64,000 nt of DNA from Azolla caroliniana (lineage: Eukaryota; Plantae; Polypodiophyta): NCBI GenBank assembly GCA_043228905.1, contig JBHGNT010000084.1, positions 1 to 64,000 on the forward strand, written 5' to 3'. Shown here piece by piece: positions 49,401 to 62,524 of this stretch (positions are counted from its first letter, which is position 1; each line of letters starts with the position of its first letter). The notes under the pieces were generated by a model that ran no database searches, was not told the DNA's origin, and was given only the letters and a program-made list of their open reading frames with translations. The position numbers and the translations under genes are program-made.

Positions 49401-52400
49401 ACCTTCATTGTAGACTCTACTTCTCTACATTTAGATCAAAACGATGTCATCCAATGGTTCACATCCAGTGAAAGAGAAGATCTTCCTCTTTCAATGTCAA
49501 TCATGTGCGTGAAAGTGCTCCAATACACAACATACATTTTCAAACAATAATACACATTCAATGGTCCTTGTGTATTGCATGCATGATAGAATGATAGAAT
49601 GAAATATGACTGGAGATTATGCTCTCCATTCAAAATAAGAATGAACAAGATATGACTCGAGAATATTGTCGATGAATAGAATGAAGCAACAATCACTTCA
49701 ATATTGAGTTGACCCTATTTGTTTATTCCATGTATGTGTATGTCTAGCCCTTTCTATTCTGGAACTAATGGTATCCATATATTTGAAACAAATTAGTTAT
49801 TTTTAGGCTTTAGCCAAGTTTATCATAATAACAATTTGTGTATTTCGTGGAAACAATCACACCTTACTCATATATTAGTTAAGTTATTGTGCTTAATAAC
49901 AAAAATATTTATAGAGCATCAATTTAATATGTATAGGCAACAAACTTGCTAGCATGTAGATCTGTACACCATACGAATGTGAGCTTTCATGAATGTTTCT
50001 AAAATCATATGATCATCGAGGTGCATCAATGACGAATGACTATATTGTGAACGTGATTATTAAAATTGTTAAGTTCCGCAACTACGATCATAATAACGAA
50101 CATGGTAAGGATTGCAAGCTTATAGAAAAACAATAGCAAGCGAGCATTCCATGATTAATGGGCTTCTAGATAATAATAAAAACCAATGAATTCTATTAAG
50201 ATGTCATTTCTTCATCATAAGGATCTCAAATTTGTATCAAACTAAACATAATATCCTTATTTAGGTATCATTGTTCATCAATACCTAGCTACTAAACATA
50301 AATTCCCCACAAATTGGAAACCAAATCTTCATCAATAACAAACAATTATGTCCATAAATTTAGATAACAAGGCTCGTCAATAACTAAACATAAAGTCCAT
50401 CAATATGGATACTGCAATTAAGTACATACATTCACATAATGTAATGAGCTTGGCCATTATTTAGGGTTGCAAAAAGTATAATATTTTGACCCTATACTAG
50501 TGACTTATTAAGGATCTTGATTGAATTATTTAGATGTGTGTGAGGATCTTGATGATAAAGAACGTGAAGATGTAGTTAATGAGGGTTGTGTGTGTGTGTG
50601 TGTGATCCCAAATGGAGTTCATAAAAATGAACATTTATTCAACAAGGTATTGAAAAGCCTACAATTAATTGTCCTTTTTCTTCACTTTGTTTGTGTCTTT
50701 AGTGTTATATACCTAAACTCGCTTGAACTTAATAACATGCTTGAGTAAATGAGCTTGATATATCATGGACTAATAATGTAGTTTTTTGTATGAAAATTAC
50801 AGGTCAATAATCAAACAAAATACATAATTTTGTACGCCTAAAAGTATGTGCATAATCACTCCATAAGTCCAAACGTTGCATTAGAAGGAAAAAATTATAA
50901 TACATTATGGGTTAAGTTTTGGCATCACCCGAATTTCGATAATATTTAGTTTACTTGTGAATACATGGTCATGTTTTTATTTATTTTATTTTTTTATGCA
51001 TCTTGTATGTGGCAAATATTGCGTTATGTCTCCTCGTTTTGTTTGTTGTTATGAGTAGCAGCAATTGTTTGAGATTCCAAATGCAATTCTCATGCAACTT
51101 AGACTGAGCCCTAGTAGACAATACATAAAATAGAAGCTAGTTAATATTTCACTTGTACACCTAAAAATATAACTGCAATGAGAAAATGGTTAAATTTCTC
51201 CCTTGTTTAGCCTTCTATTAGATTTGAAGTGCATTTTCAATGCTCTAGATTTCCTTTAATTCGATCATGAGGCCAACAAGGACTTCAGAACATTAAATTG
51301 TTTAGTTTGTCCATGTCATTGTTTCAAAACACCTATATTGCATTTACATCATTTGTACATTTTCCCAAATGTACAAAATTATCATTACAAACTCATAAAG
51401 TTTCTAACAAAGTTGAACATGTTGTGTTTGTTGATAGGGAATAACACGGTTTGGTGTTGTAATGGTTGAATTTAGGAATGTTTGTGAAATTGTATCGTCA
51501 ATTGTTTTTTTATTGATTATTGGAATGCATCTTTCATTACATCCCATATATGAAGGGTGTCTCAAAGGAAGGCTCTTGAACATAAGCTGTGAAGACTTTT
51601 GTTTTGTACCAATGGTGACATAAAACTCTATTCTCAAATTATCTTTCATAGTGTATAGACATATTGTAGCATTCTTGTGAAAATGTTAGCATCTATGGCA
51701 AGAAACCCTATAATTTGCAACATCACACTCGCACATGTTTGGGATATTAATGAGAGACTAGGAAGTGACCCTTGACCTAAGTTCCATGGGTTAAGAGCCT
51801 TTGACCGAATGTTTTTATAGGTTGTTCTCAAAGATTCTGAAGGTCATCATTGTTTTAATCTTAACATGGTGCTTGTGTTACCATCAAGGGTCATTGTAAC
51901 ATTTTGATGTTTTTGGGTTTAGATGTGGGCAGCTCAAAGCCTCAGATATAAAGGTATATAACATTAGAATGTGGAAAAACAATTCGAATTGGATCAAATG
52001 ATACATACCAAACCATGCATCTTATGATATAGGGTGAGTGCGCAAGGTCTTAAATGTTGTATTGACTAAAATTAGCATTTAAAATTTTAGATTGATCCAA
52101 ATACTTGCAGCTTAAAAATGATAGCGGTTGAAACTTTAATTTTCATGATCGATACACATAATGCGATTTTCCATGTTCAATACATGCAATCATAATATGT
52201 GTGCAATTCTTTATTTAACAAAGAGACTCTTTTAGTCCGATGAATATGGATTGTTTTCTTTTATTGTAACAATATCTATGTGCCCAATGACACAATAAAA
52301 GAAGACAAGATTGTTGGCTTTTGTCGTTTCTTGTTGCTTTTGGTCCATAGTAAAGCATAAGAATGTTTCATGCCATTCCCCAAGGAATTGAAAGAACAAA

Positions 52401-53299
52401 TTGTGCACATAGATGTTTTCCATGGTTTCAAGTGTTAATTGATGCATTATTACTTCAATGCAAATACCCTAATAGCTTTAGATTTTTGCATGCACACATG
52501 CATATATTATCTAATGCCTTGAACTTTGTAGATTGACTACATATCGATGGATAAGAAAGAATGCTTTATTGGGTGAAGAAGCTCACTTTATCGAATAACT
52601 GGGACTTGACTTCCTTTACCATAGCCATATTTACTTGTGTGATGGAACAATGAAACAACTAGTTGAGTTGGTTTTTGTCTATCAATGTTCATGTGAGACA
52701 TCATAACAATATTTTATCCAGACCCCAAGGGATTAAAATAGCTTTATAAATGCACGCATGGTTTTTTGGAAGGCTTATAGTTCTCTAATGCAAGCACCTA
52801 GAATAACGGAGATTGCACTTACCGTGTACACATTTGGTTTTTAAATGGAATTTAGAGGTTCATTGTAGGATCTATTAATATTTAGATAGGAAGATCTTAG
52901 TACTCTTTGAACAACCAATTGAACATACAAAGCAAGGTTTTATGATAAACAATGGAAAATAGAAACCAATAAATGAAGACCTCAAAGTGATATTACCGTA
53001 TGTTTTCTTCCATAAATGTCTTAAATAGGACCACATCATGTTGTAGAGTAGAAAAATAGAAGTGCTCCCTTTAACCATAGTGCATGTGGTTGCTTAATGC
53101 ACTTCAACATTAACCTACAATAAAATGATATGCACCTCTTATTAAACTCTTAGTTTCCTATGACCAACGTTTGCTTTCTTTTTTTTTCCAAAAAAATACT
53201 GCTTCGCATTAGTTAGCAAACAAAATTATATCATAGAACTCTCAAAATTCCTCTCAACAGCCCTCACTCTGGCCTTCCCACCAAAGCGGACATAGTCCC

Positions 53300-53620
53300 C
53301 ACCTCATTTTCAACAAACGTATCCAAACAACTCCAATAACCTAGTTATTTGTACCATAACTATACAAATTTACAGCACCTAGACGCTGTTGGAAACTATT
53401 GGGGGGAAACAACCATCGGGGTGCTTGGTAGTGCCATTGAGGCCCTGATGATGATCTGCCGACCATAGGAGAATTACCCCATTTCAACAAGAACTTTGAT
53501 CGAGATCAACGTTTGCTTTCTTAGTTAATCAATATAGTAAAGGTACAATAGAGACTCAATTTTCTACCAACATTTGTGGGATAATATCGGCCTCCGTGGC
53601 CAAGGATATGGACACCTATA
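53300..53620 (-). mobile_element. L1-like LINE extreme 3' fragment
   Basis: Minus frame KWGNSPMVGRSSSGPQWHYQAPRWLFPP resembles the C-terminus seen in the L1 copy at ~4880-4960. Confidence 0.4.
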
Positions 53621-55277
53621 TGACACACCTTCCTAGGGAACTGTAACTTATGGTTTCACATTCAAATATTACAAAACAACTTTCTTGAGCATTACTTTTG
53701 CTAAATGGGGTATAGAAATCTATTTCAACAATGTAAATGGCTCTCCATAGGTGCATTGGAAATCTACAAATATGTATTTTGAAACTGTTCAACATTGTCC
53801 ATAACAATATGATCTCTAGAGTTGCGATGTAAGTTGTTTCTTCACAGGTTCAAAAAAACACAATTATTTCTTGTGTTGTCAAACATGATCATGGATATCA
53901 CCTCTTTATTTTATCTCTAGGTACTTTTGTCCTACATCATAGAGGTAGCTATAATCGAATTTTGTGATCAAATTCCATGAAAGAATAATACACTTTGTAT
54001 TTCTTTTCGTGACTCGTATAATAAGAAATGAGATGACACAAGGCATCATAATTTCCTTGGCAGTAGAAAGAATGGCTATGATCATACATTAACGAATGTA
54101 TGTTATTCATAGGTAGATCCATTAACTTTGCGTATGACAATTTGATGTCAAGGCATGGGTGGGTGTGTTACCCAAGTCTTATGCACAGTGTGCTTGCCGT
54201 GACGGGTAAGAGACAACCACTGCTCCGTCCTAGATATATTTCTAATTGGAACTTGGCGAAAACGCTAGCTATCAAAGAATGGAGTGTTGTAAGGCAATTG
54301 GACGTAAAGCTCCCCCTTCCAAAAAAGAAAGTAGTACATAGTGTGAACAAAAAGCTTTGAATTTCCAAAGTGTGTTTGGTGTCATTTGTGTGTGTGTGTG
54401 TGTTTTCTAGCCGTTTGTATTATGAGGTTTTCAAAAAGAGAGTGGTGGGGATGGCCAAAAGAGGGTCCTAGACTCCTCTTCCTTCTCCTCTTTTCCCATA
54501 CTTCTTCAATAATTGAGGATCTTGGGGAGGTGTGCCTGCACACAATACACACACATACAATAGAGGGTTAAATGAATGGGCTCTCAAATCAAATCAACTA
54601 TAATCATCATCATCATTATCATCATCATTATTTATGGCCAATCCTTGTTTGCTTATTTCCATGGATTTCACATGTCCCATCCCATCCATCCATCTGAGAT
54701 AAAAAACTAAACAGAAGAAGAAGATTCAAGAGAGAGAGAGAGATAGAGAGAGAGAGTTAAGAGGAGTGTTTTTTATGTTTGTTTCGATCAATTAAATGTA
54801 GTGGTGTGGTGTTAACAGTCTTTCACAAAAACTAAATATATTTCCTTTTCTCTAACTTCTTTGTCTTCTTTATTTTCCCTTGACCTTTATTGCAATTACT
54901 CTCCCCCCTCCTCCATCCCTTATGCTCTGTGTGTGTGTGTGTGTGCTTGCTTGTTTTCTTGTTTTCTTTAACCGAGACAGGTAGATGAAAAGGAAGTAAA
55001 TTAAAAAGTTACTATTGTGTCAGACCATGAATGGAGAAATGTGTTCAGTAAATTCTGAAAAGAAGAAGAAGAAGTGTCTTGCATAGATAGAGACAAGATG
55101 TAAAGAGTGAAAAGTACCCACACACACACACACACTCTCTCTCTCTCTCTCTCCCCCCCCCCCCCTATCCACCCCATGAGAAAGGAGAATGTTGTTATTT
55201 AAGAAGGAAAGGATGCTTTGTCAAAGAGTATATTATTGCACATTACATATACTGATATCCCTTTCTGGTTTATCTCA

Positions 55278-55310
<33 letters not shown>

Positions 55311-55369
55311 ATGTGTAGTTATATCCAATTTGTTCTTAGCCCTTTGGGGAAAACATTATATGGCTTTTC

Positions 55370-55700
55370 GACATCACAACTTATATCTTAATCCCATGAC
55401 AAAAGGACAAATACGAAGCACTACAAAAGGAGGGAGAGGAATGGTAGTCTTATTATGCTTGTGGGTGCAACTCGGTCGAATTGTGATAGAATCATAGCTT
55501 TCTTCTATCTCTATCTTTTCGATAATCGCCCCCCCCATACCTTGAGCAAAATAAAAGCTGGCGATATGATTGCTATTTTGAGGTTCATCCCTGACCAAAG
55601 TTGATTGTACCTTGTTACTTCCAAGTTCAGTCGGAACAGAAGTGAACAACGTAAACTTTGTCGTTTGAAGACATTGTTCAAGGGTCTAAGTTAAATAATA
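55370..55700 (-). mobile_element. Decayed LINE ORF2 C-terminal fragment
   Basis: IEKIEIEES...FVVLRICP resembles the terminal CCHC-type motif of RTE/CR1-like LINEs. Confidence 0.3.
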
Positions 55701-58343
55701 ATAATCCACGTTAGTCAAGCTTAAAAGGACATTTTTCTTTCCAAGGCCAAACTACAATTTGTTCAAGCATGTATTTAATCAAATGAAATATTGGCATAGA
55801 AATCCAATATCTAACTAGTTTAATGTATCTACTAACCTCGTGTAATTTGCACACAAGATGATTTTTATGACAACTATACTAACTAGTAGAGTACGTTCCC
55901 ATAGCTAATAGGCATTGTAAACCTAAATAATTGTCAATTGGATGCCTCTTTTATAGATGTGTTAATGGATGAGCTTGGCTTAGGAGAAAAACTTACTATA
56001 TAATGACCCTCGCCTAACAAAACAATCTCCATTGTCTAATATTGATTTAGAGGATTTTGTAAGTTTTTTGACAGACTCAAAGTTGGTTTCTATTGCTAGT
56101 GTTTCATACTTGAGGACATGTAGACATAATTTGATATGTGTGAATTAGTTGTTAGTAATGTCAAAAAATGGATTTTGCCATTATTAAATCAATCGAGAAT
56201 CGGAAGGACATTGTCGATGAATATCTTCCTTCATCTCATGCTTAAAAGATGTACTTGCTAGCTCCTTCCCAAATTTGGCATTAAACTTGTTAAAAAATAT
56301 AGAGTTTTTTTGCATCGGATTTGGTGGGTTTTTAGCTTAATATTTAAAAAATGTCTAGGACATATAACATTATAATTTCATCAAGCTTTAAGGCTACTTG
56401 ATAATTTTTCCATTGGATTTGCTTAAGGTTGAGTTTGCAAAGCACAAAACTTGGAAGGAGGAACTCGTAGATGAATGTGGCTCTCATGTGAATTCAACTC
56501 GTGGGAAGTGTTAAAAAGGTAGTGAATAGGAGTAGTACATGGCTTCAATTGGAAAATTGTTTCAAGCCACAACATATAAAAAACTGTCCTCGCTTCATTT
56601 CATTGGAGCCAAACAATTGGGAGCAATTACTAACACTAGTCTTTGATGGGTGACTCCTTCAATCACATAAGAAAAAGCCAAAGTGACTTCATTTTGTTAG
56701 GACATCATAAATGCCAACACCATCATTAAATACCGAGTTCCATTTGGAAGACTCCTCCACACATAGAAATAATAAATGTAATTACGAAAAAATGGAGTAT
56801 AGGATTTAAGTGAGGGTTCTTTCGAATTTGGAGCAAGCACAAGTTTTGGGGACATTAGTTAACACTAGGTTGGAGGATCATTGAGTCAAGCCGAATGAAG
56901 TAATTGTAACATAAATACCTAATGTGGCACTTGCCCATTATAAAAATGATAAAGGATATCAAATGTGGCCAGTATCGAGGTTCACCTGGAGCACTCCAAT
57001 ATGTGGGTGCATATATATAAATAAAGTCACAATTGAAAAATAGGATACAAAAATGAATAATACTAGGTTCACCCTAAGATTCCTTTTCAAGAAATGAACG
57101 AATATGTAAAGAATGATTGAGCTTCAATTCATCAAAGATAAATGTTTTGGGAATAATTATTGGCACTAGCATACGGCTCTTTAACTCATATGTATAAAGA
57201 ACACCTAAGGTTGGATTCAAAATCATGAAGGAGACATAAGTTAACATTGGTATGATTTGAAGGTTCATTCGGAGGTCTTTCAACCTTCGTTATGAAGAAG
57301 ACCATCCAAAACCTCATTCTCGTTTCGAACCTTGTTCATGGGGGTCAAACACTTTGAGTATGCTTAACCACATTTTGGTGTAGGGTCTTACCCTAGAACT
57401 TTGTTCGGAACATCATTCCCAATAATAAAGGAGAAACTAAGAAAAGGTTAAAATCATAACATAGAAAAACAAAAAACTTTGTCAAAAAAGCAAAGAATTA
57501 CAAGCATTAACCATTAAAAATTCAATCATAATCTTGTAGCTCTTCATGAGTGGAGAGATTGCAAGTTGCAACCAAGAGGAGAAATCGCTATGGCGCTAAC
57601 AAAACAAAATAACTTACCTTTTCATGATAACAAATTTACGTTAGATTGGACATTCTTCAATAGTAAATCATGCAAGTGAAAAGATCATTGGCTTACACAA
57701 GGAAGAAAATTTTCTACCCATAGTTTATGAGAATAATGGAAATGGAGAATAGCCAAATGATGAGTAATCTCTAGGCGAGGCAAAAACCCACAAATATAGT
57801 TGGATGAGAAACATGTAAAGAATGGGACATACATGTGTTAGCATGCATGGTTATAGCATATGGGATGACATCTACAAATCATAACATATGAATTTTAATA
57901 AATGGATTGCCATTGTTATGCTACAAAGGAAGGACAATGAAGATGATGATATGACTTATATGAAGTTCACATCAAGAAGGAGATATTGCATATGGAAGCA
58001 TGCCAATGTGGCAATGTAATTTGTGGAATAGGGCACTTCAAGTGCTTGGGGTGGATTCTAGTAATGATACGCAAAGTGTATATGTACATTCATATTAACC
58101 AATGGAATAAATTCCCTACCATGTCATTAGTAAAAAAAATACATCAATTAATAAATAGCTTTTTCAGAAAATTCATTGAAACAAACATCTGAACAATATT
58201 CCATAGAAGTCAAACCATCACCAAATTTGAGGAAAATGTGTGATGCCCATCATGTCTTATAAACTATGTGACTTAAGTCTTATTCCTTCCCTTCTTGCTA
58301 CTATGAACCTTAGGTACTACATGTAACCTACCCAATGTCAAGT

Positions 58344-58345
<2 letters not shown>

Positions 58346-58418
<73 letters not shown>
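58346..58418. repeat. Compound (GT)n(GA)n microsatellite
   Basis: Directly visible. Confidence 0.95.
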
Positions 58419-58422
<4 letters not shown>

Positions 58423-59506
58423 ATGTATGAAGTAATACAAATGTGTGAAATTTAGGCTTGAACCCAAGCCTATAGTCTTTGAACTTACCACTACAGTGAG
58501 CTAATTACGATAAGACAAAGAGAGTATCCAAAGATGGAAATTGGCATATGAGACCAAAAATAAAATACATGTTATAGCTATAGCTAGCTTGATTGAGAAA
58601 ATAAATATTAGTAAACTCCTAAATAAAGATAAATGGGAAACGAAGAAGGCAAGATAGGTTATGGTGATCCATCCAAAAATTCCATGAGATGCCTCATCTC
58701 AATTGTGCAATTGTGCAAGGAGTCTCGGCTAAGGGTTCCAATGCTTCTCGACATTGCCCTTTCATGGGTTTTTTGGAATGGAGGTCTCATTGTTCTCCTT
58801 TATTAGTCTTTTTGTTGTATTTTTAGCCCTAACTTCTTCCATTATCGCATGTGGGTAGTGGTTGGGACACATGTTATGTAAGAGACCGAGAGAATCTAAA
58901 TAACTTGTATAATATTCAAAGTCTGGAATTGACCATTTTGGCACATGGGTATATATTGCAATGCATTGGTCAAATTTGTCCTTAGCCTACAAATATATAT
59001 GTATTCATAAAAACAAAGGGGGGGGGGGGAGGGGCTCGAGTATTCATTACTTCTTATCTCATCATTGTGATAATCATATCATGTCCCTATCGAACACTTA
59101 GTCCATCTATTTATCTACTATCCATCCATTCTAAATGCTTGTTTGGAGATAGAAGACATCTACACAAATACATTGTCTCATGTGAACACATGTAAACTTT
59201 GTTAATTTTTTAAATTTAGTGCACACAAGAATTCTAGCAAACATTTTAGCGAGAGGTGGAAACACACTAAGAGTGAGAAAGACCTCTTCTATTTCACACT
59301 TCAAAAATGTCTCCGTACATTATATACTTATTTCTCACTCACACGAGGGCCTTCTTCCCATGCACAATTCTAATCTTATCATCTAGTCTCAGATTCTCCA
59401 AGTGTGTAATCTGTTTGAATGAGGAGCCCAATTTCTTTGTAATGGTTTGCTCATAACATTGCGTTCTTTGTAATGGTTTGAATGAGGGTTGTTCTACACT
59501 ATTAAC

Positions 59507-60452
59507 CATAGAACAAACCATACGTATTATACGTGCATTCACATTCGAGAATGATTCAATCAAATGTGTATGGTAAATCATCTCAAAGTTGGATTGGATT
59601 GACTATGGTCTATATTATATATTGATTCACTCGCAATCCCAATAAGTGGACTCTAATATATTGTGAACCACCAACGTAAGTATGGTTGCGATATTTGCAT
59701 TGTATCACATGCATACTTTTGGAATGCTTCTTAAGAATCAAGACATCTCTATCATCCTTACTTTAGAACTTTACAAAAAAATGAGTATGAACTATAGAGA
59801 TGGAATCAAAATATGTCATTATAAATTATAATCAAACGTTCAAAAACTCATAAATGTATATTCGAGGATATGAAGAAAACATGACATAGGCAGTAGTAGC
59901 ATAACAACTTACCACTAGGGTGACCTAATTTCTAATAAGAAAGAAAGAAAGAAAGAAAGAAAGAAAAAGGAACATGACATTAACATAAAATTTTGCCATG
60001 ATATAAGTAGTAGTAGCATAACAACTTACCACAAGGGTGAGCTAATTTCTAATAACAAAGAAAGAAAGAAAAAGAAGAAAAAGGAACATGACACTAACTA
60101 GAGGATACAAGAAAGTTAGGAATTGACCCCAAGACACAAGTAATAATAGCACAACACCTTCCTACTAGGTTGTGGTTAGTTCTAATAATAAAAAATGAAA
60201 AGAAAAAAACTATTATTACAATAACATAAAATTTTGCTATGACATGGTAATAATGAGAGAGATGAGAAAATTGGGAATCGAACACAAGACATTAACAACA
60301 ACAGCATGACTCCTTACCATTACGGCGAGATAAATTGTAACAACAATAAATGAAAAAATAAATAAAAAATTTAATGAGTATTTTTCCCATTTCAAACGCG
60401 TTCGTTTCCAAACGTTTGAATGCTTGCACGAACACGAATATTACGTTCTATG
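59507..60452. mobile_element. Non-autonomous hAT element, copy 2 (946 bp, inverted relative to copy 1)
   Basis: Ends CATAGAACAAACCATACGT ... ACGAATATTACGTTCTATG. Perfect 8-bp TSD CTATTAAC (59499-59506, 60453-60460). Termini align with the reverse complement of copy 1 termini. The interior has ~125-bp tandem repeats (59875-60245). Confidence 0.9.
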
Positions 60453-62462
60453 CTATTAACAATGTGATACTAGTTCCAAATCCATTCTCTTCATGTCCTT
60501 TGTCAAAAACCCATATACATCAAATCCTCCCAATATGTCCTTCACATACATGCGAATTGCCTTGTTGGCAATTTTTAGTAGATTTTTCTTATACCTTACC
60601 GCCTAATAAATTGTATTATTCACCCCATCACTGGAGTTGTATAACTATCAACCAAACTTGCATGTAATTACAAAAACTCCATTAGTATCATCCTATTGGG
60701 AAACTCTCCATGCATTCATACAAACTATCTATATTGTTTAACTCATTGAAAATGGTATCGCTGATTTTCGAAATGGGCAAAGGGACATTTACAAGGATAG
60801 TATAAACAATGGTTCGATACATTTTCAAAGATAACATATATGTTTCTTTTATATTTCCGCGGATTCTCTATGGAACCTCATCATCTTCTCTTCACAAATA
60901 TACCTCCTCTACAACAATTTGGTTTCATGGTCATTTTGCAATTTGTTGATCTATTGAAAAGGTCTAGATCATGGAAACAAGAGAACATGTATACCTCACC
61001 TGACATAGGTTATTCACATTAATTCAATTTAAAAGTAAACAATTGAAAAAGAAGATTCTTAGTGGCATAAATGTTCAAGTCTCATAAGTTGATATGGTTT
61101 GAACTACAATTTACAAAATACCGTAGGATATTTACTCCAAGTGAACCAAATGCTACCAATTTATCATCATATTCATATTTATATACATCAACATAAGGTT
61201 CACTCTCTTTTTATGAGAACATATTTAAGTACTTGCCTTTTTGGCTTTGGAATCGGGCCAAGTAGACCCAATCAAACATAGAGCTAGAGATTGATATCAA
61301 TATTTGATATCCACAATTATTACAACATAGATATTACTCCAGGAAAGTATATAAGTGTAAGTTGTAACTATTTTATGGAGTAAGGTATTGAGTCACTTTG
61401 GTTTTTATTGCAATTTGCCATCTCTGTATTTTAGTGAAACCCACCTTCTTCATGTTTTTTATGAGATCATTTTATCACCTAACCATGCATATCACATGCT
61501 ATAGCGCTTTGCAAGTTGATCAAGTTCGGTGTATGTTAGTCTTGTGATTCCTCATAGAGTCTTTAATTAAACTCACCAATCATTTATGTTGATGGTGTAA
61601 CTATTATTTATTCATTTACTCTTATCGTTGACATTACGAACATTGGGAACGCAAAGGACCTTGTCTCATAATGGGCAAACTCTAATTGAAAGCAATGGGA
61701 CAACTATGAAACATTAGACTCGTCCAACTTCATCCTTCTCTCTCGTGTAGGGCCTTAAATCGTAAGGACAAGAATTACGCCAGGATGACTCAACACTTTG
61801 ATGATATGGTTTAACATTGGAGATGTCAATGGAAAACACAAAACAATTATACGGGTTTAAGACTTCGGTCATGGATATTGTACACATGCTTTAGTTTGTT
61901 GGGCACCCACCTACTTTTGTATTTTTTTTTTCATAGGTAGGGTGCACTTCATGCTACAAAAAATTTCATTTCTATGTACTAGGTAGGTATCTACACAAGA
62001 AAGCCACAAAAAATTCCATTCATGGCTAAAGTCTCCACGAATTTACCGTATTTGTATCTAAGAGTGTCGAACAAGAAATCAAGCATTCTTTCGAACAGGT
62101 TCTGAGTGTACATTGTTGCATCGGGCATTTTTATATCATTGTCATCATCCCCCTTGGCTCTCTCTCTCTCTCTCTCTCATATCTAGAAGGGAGATTTTGT
62201 TACCATGTCTATATTCTTTGGTAACTTTTCCAACACGAGAATCCCAATACAAAAAGATGTATGAAATTTGAATGAATGAATGATGGTGTTGGGGCAAGAG
62301 CTAAAAAAATAAAAGAAGTTGAACATAATCCTAATGTAAAAATCCTAAACTTCCCCCCTAGAAACAAACCCTAGGCCTAAAGTTTTTACAAGAGGTTAGA
62401 AATAGAAGACCTTAAAGAGGTGCTAACTTCTAAGACCAAGAACAAAATATGAAGAGGATAGA

Positions 62463-62464
<2 letters not shown>

Positions 62465-62520
<56 letters not shown>
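62465..62520. repeat. (GA)n microsatellite
   Basis: About 28 GA units. Confidence 0.95.

Positions 62521-62524
<4 letters not shown>

Noticed and set aside
54297-54322. TTGGACGTAAAGCTCCC resembling miR319/159
   Set aside because: Several mismatches/indels versus UUGGACUGAAGGGAGCUCCC and no supporting long hairpin.
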